DNA from: Pedosphaera parvula Ellin514
Lineage (GTDB): Bacteria; Verrucomicrobiota; Verrucomicrobiia; Limisphaerales; JADJPG01
DNA length: 64,000 nt
Assembly: GCA_943332515.1 (NCBI GenBank)
Contig: CALQPR010000021.1
Span: forward strand, 9,737-73,736
Reading direction: 5' to 3'
Part shown: piece by piece, positions 62,928-64,000 of the stretch
Position numbering within the stretch: the first letter of the stretch is position 1
Layout of the letters: each line of letters opens with the position of its first letter
Translations under genes and position numbers: made by a program
Notes under the pieces: model-generated
Databases searched by the model: none
Told to the model about the DNA's origin: nothing
Seen by the model: only the letters and a program-made list of their open reading frames with translations

Positions 62928-64000
62928 ATGGAACGAAAACGCAGAGAATATAAAGACCGGACAGGGATCATCATCTCCGTCGTGGTGCATGGCGTGGTCA
63001 TTGGTGGCCTGCTGTTCTGGCTGTCCACTACCGAGATGGGCCAGGAGCTGATCCGCAAAGGACTTCAGGCTGTCCGTTCTGAGAAGGACAAAGCCAAGGA
63101 ACCGCCCAAGCCACCGCCGGAGACGCGTCAGCCCCCGCCGTCGAAACTGCCTCCGATCAACCAGGGTGTGGCCCCGAAGAGTGGTGGAGGCTCCCGCCGT
63201 GCCGTAGCCTCGGACGCACCGGCTGCCGCGGGTGAAAGCTTCTTTGTCGATTCGCGCACTCAGACGAAAGGCGCATCTACCGAGGGCAAGGGTTCGGGCG
63301 AATCAGGTCCGGCCAAGGTCGTCGCGCCACCGCCACCGCCGAAGCCGGTCATCCCGCGTCCGCTGTTCCAATCCGCCGCGCCGAAGAGCGACATCAAACA
63401 GCTGTTCGTGCAGCGATCGAAAGATGCTGCCGCCACCGAGTCATTCGGATCGGAACAGATTTCCAAGACCGGTGTGTCGGACGCCGGCGCGATCATCAAC
63501 AAGGTTTCTGGTGCGACGGTGGTGGACGGCAAGTTCGCCGTCATTCGTGGGCTCAGTGACCGCTATGTGACCACGACGATGAACGGCGCGGAGATTCCGT
63601 CGCCTGACCCGTATCGTCGCTCGGCTCCGCTGGACCTGTTCCCCTCACAGATCATCGACAAAGTTGTCGTGGCGAAAACCTTCACGCCTGACCAACCGGG
63701 CAGCTACACTGGCGGCGGCATCAACATCGTCACGAAGTCGTTTCCCGAAAAAGCGTTCTCCAACTTTTCCTTTGGCGGCTCCTACAATCCGCAGGCGAAC
63801 TTGAACGACTCGTTCCGCACCTACGATGGTGGGGATCGGGATTGGACGGGGATGGATGACGGAACACGAGCGTTGCCGGGCGAGCTTGCCGTTCCGGGTC
63901 TTGTGCTCCCGAACAGGCCGTTCAGCGCTCCACGTCCGAACACCCCGGCAAATATTGTGATTCGGAATCAGCGTTTTGCTGATGCTGATAAGTTGGAGGC
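62928..64000 (+). CDS. TonB-dependent receptor (plug domain visible) with a TonB-like TM anchor and Pro-rich N-terminal extension; partial, runs off the right edge
   Basis: This ORF is not in the ORF track because it has no stop. My hand translation from the ATG at 62928 gives MERKRREYKDRTGIIISVVVHGVVIGGLLFWL. A Pro-rich stretch follows (KEPPKPPPETRQPPPSKLPP...APPPPPKPVIP). Then comes a plug-like region: VSGATVVDGKFAVIRGLSDRYVTTTMNGAEIPSPDPYRRSAPLDLFPSQIIDKVVVAKTFTPDQPG. Confidence 0.7.
   Translation, partial: MERKRREYKDRTGIIISVVVHGVVIGGLLFWLSTTEMGQELIRKGLQAVRSEKDKAKEPPKPPPETRQPPPSKLPPINQGVAPKSGGGSRRAVASDAPAAAGESFFVDSRTQTKGASTEGKGSGESGPAKVVAPPPPPKPVIPRPLFQSAAPKSDIKQLFVQRSKDAAATESFGSEQISKTGVSDAGAIINKVSGATVVDGKFAVIRGLSDRYVTTTMNGAEIPSPDPYRRSAPLDLFPSQIIDKVVVAKTFTPDQPGSYTGGGINIVTKSFPEKAFSNFSFGGSYNPQANLNDSFRTYDGGDRDWTGMDDGTRALPGELAVPGLVLPNRPFSAPRPNTPANIVIRNQRFADADKLE

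Noticed and set aside
1-64000. Search for tRNA, rRNA, tmRNA, RNase P, SRP RNA, CRISPR arrays, integrases and intact IS elements
   Set aside because: I found no T-arm-type GGTTCGA(A/G)TCC context outside coding sequence. I found no conserved RNase P or SRP motifs, no regularly spaced repeat-spacer array and no recombinase or DDE transposase ORF. A covariance-model scan (tRNAscan-SE or Infernal) would be needed to be certain.

Overview
This is a high-GC bacterial chromosomal segment. Its gene content looks like the PVC superphylum (Verrucomicrobia or Planctomycetes-like), an inference from three things: a PSD1/DUF1553 + DUF1501 gene pair, many proteins with a prepilin-type N-terminus, and many secreted hydrolases. 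About 50 protein-coding genes can be supported. I saw no rRNA, tRNA, CRISPR array, intact transposase or integrase. The left ~33 kb holds mixed housekeeping and accessory genes: cysS, a gluQ-like gene, yajQ, a 1-Cys peroxiredoxin, glutathione peroxidase, an FKBP isomerase, an RRM RNA-binding protein, two S9 peptidases, two atypical two-component proteins, ABC-2 permeases and an LptF/G permease. The right ~11 kb holds a classical porin-pstS-pstC-pstA-pstB-phoU operon, followed by AraC-exbB-exbD and a TonB-dependent receptor that runs off the window. The stand-out locus is 34.7-53.1 kb, a single-strand cluster. It starts with a BrnT/BrnA-like toxin-antitoxin pair whose stop codon overlaps the first of a complete G,G,H,I,J,K-type pseudopilin set. 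The K-like member is enlarged to about 1,240-1,280 aa. The cluster ends with a 3,223-aa membrane-anchored subtilisin (S8) protease carrying P-domains, a DUF642-like module and about ten PPC-like modules. No secretin, ATPase, platform protein or prepilin peptidase lies in the window, and about 1.1 kb of non-coding or decayed DNA with phased GTGCAG repeats lies upstream. Other observations are 11-bp-phased TCGTCAC repeats (Pho-box-like) in three promoters, two families of palindromic MITE/REP-like repeats (one copy in frame inside a gene, one overlapping a likely start codon), and a TonB-like N-terminus fused to a receptor plug domain. All calls come from reading the sequence and the ORF translations by eye. 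No database search was run.
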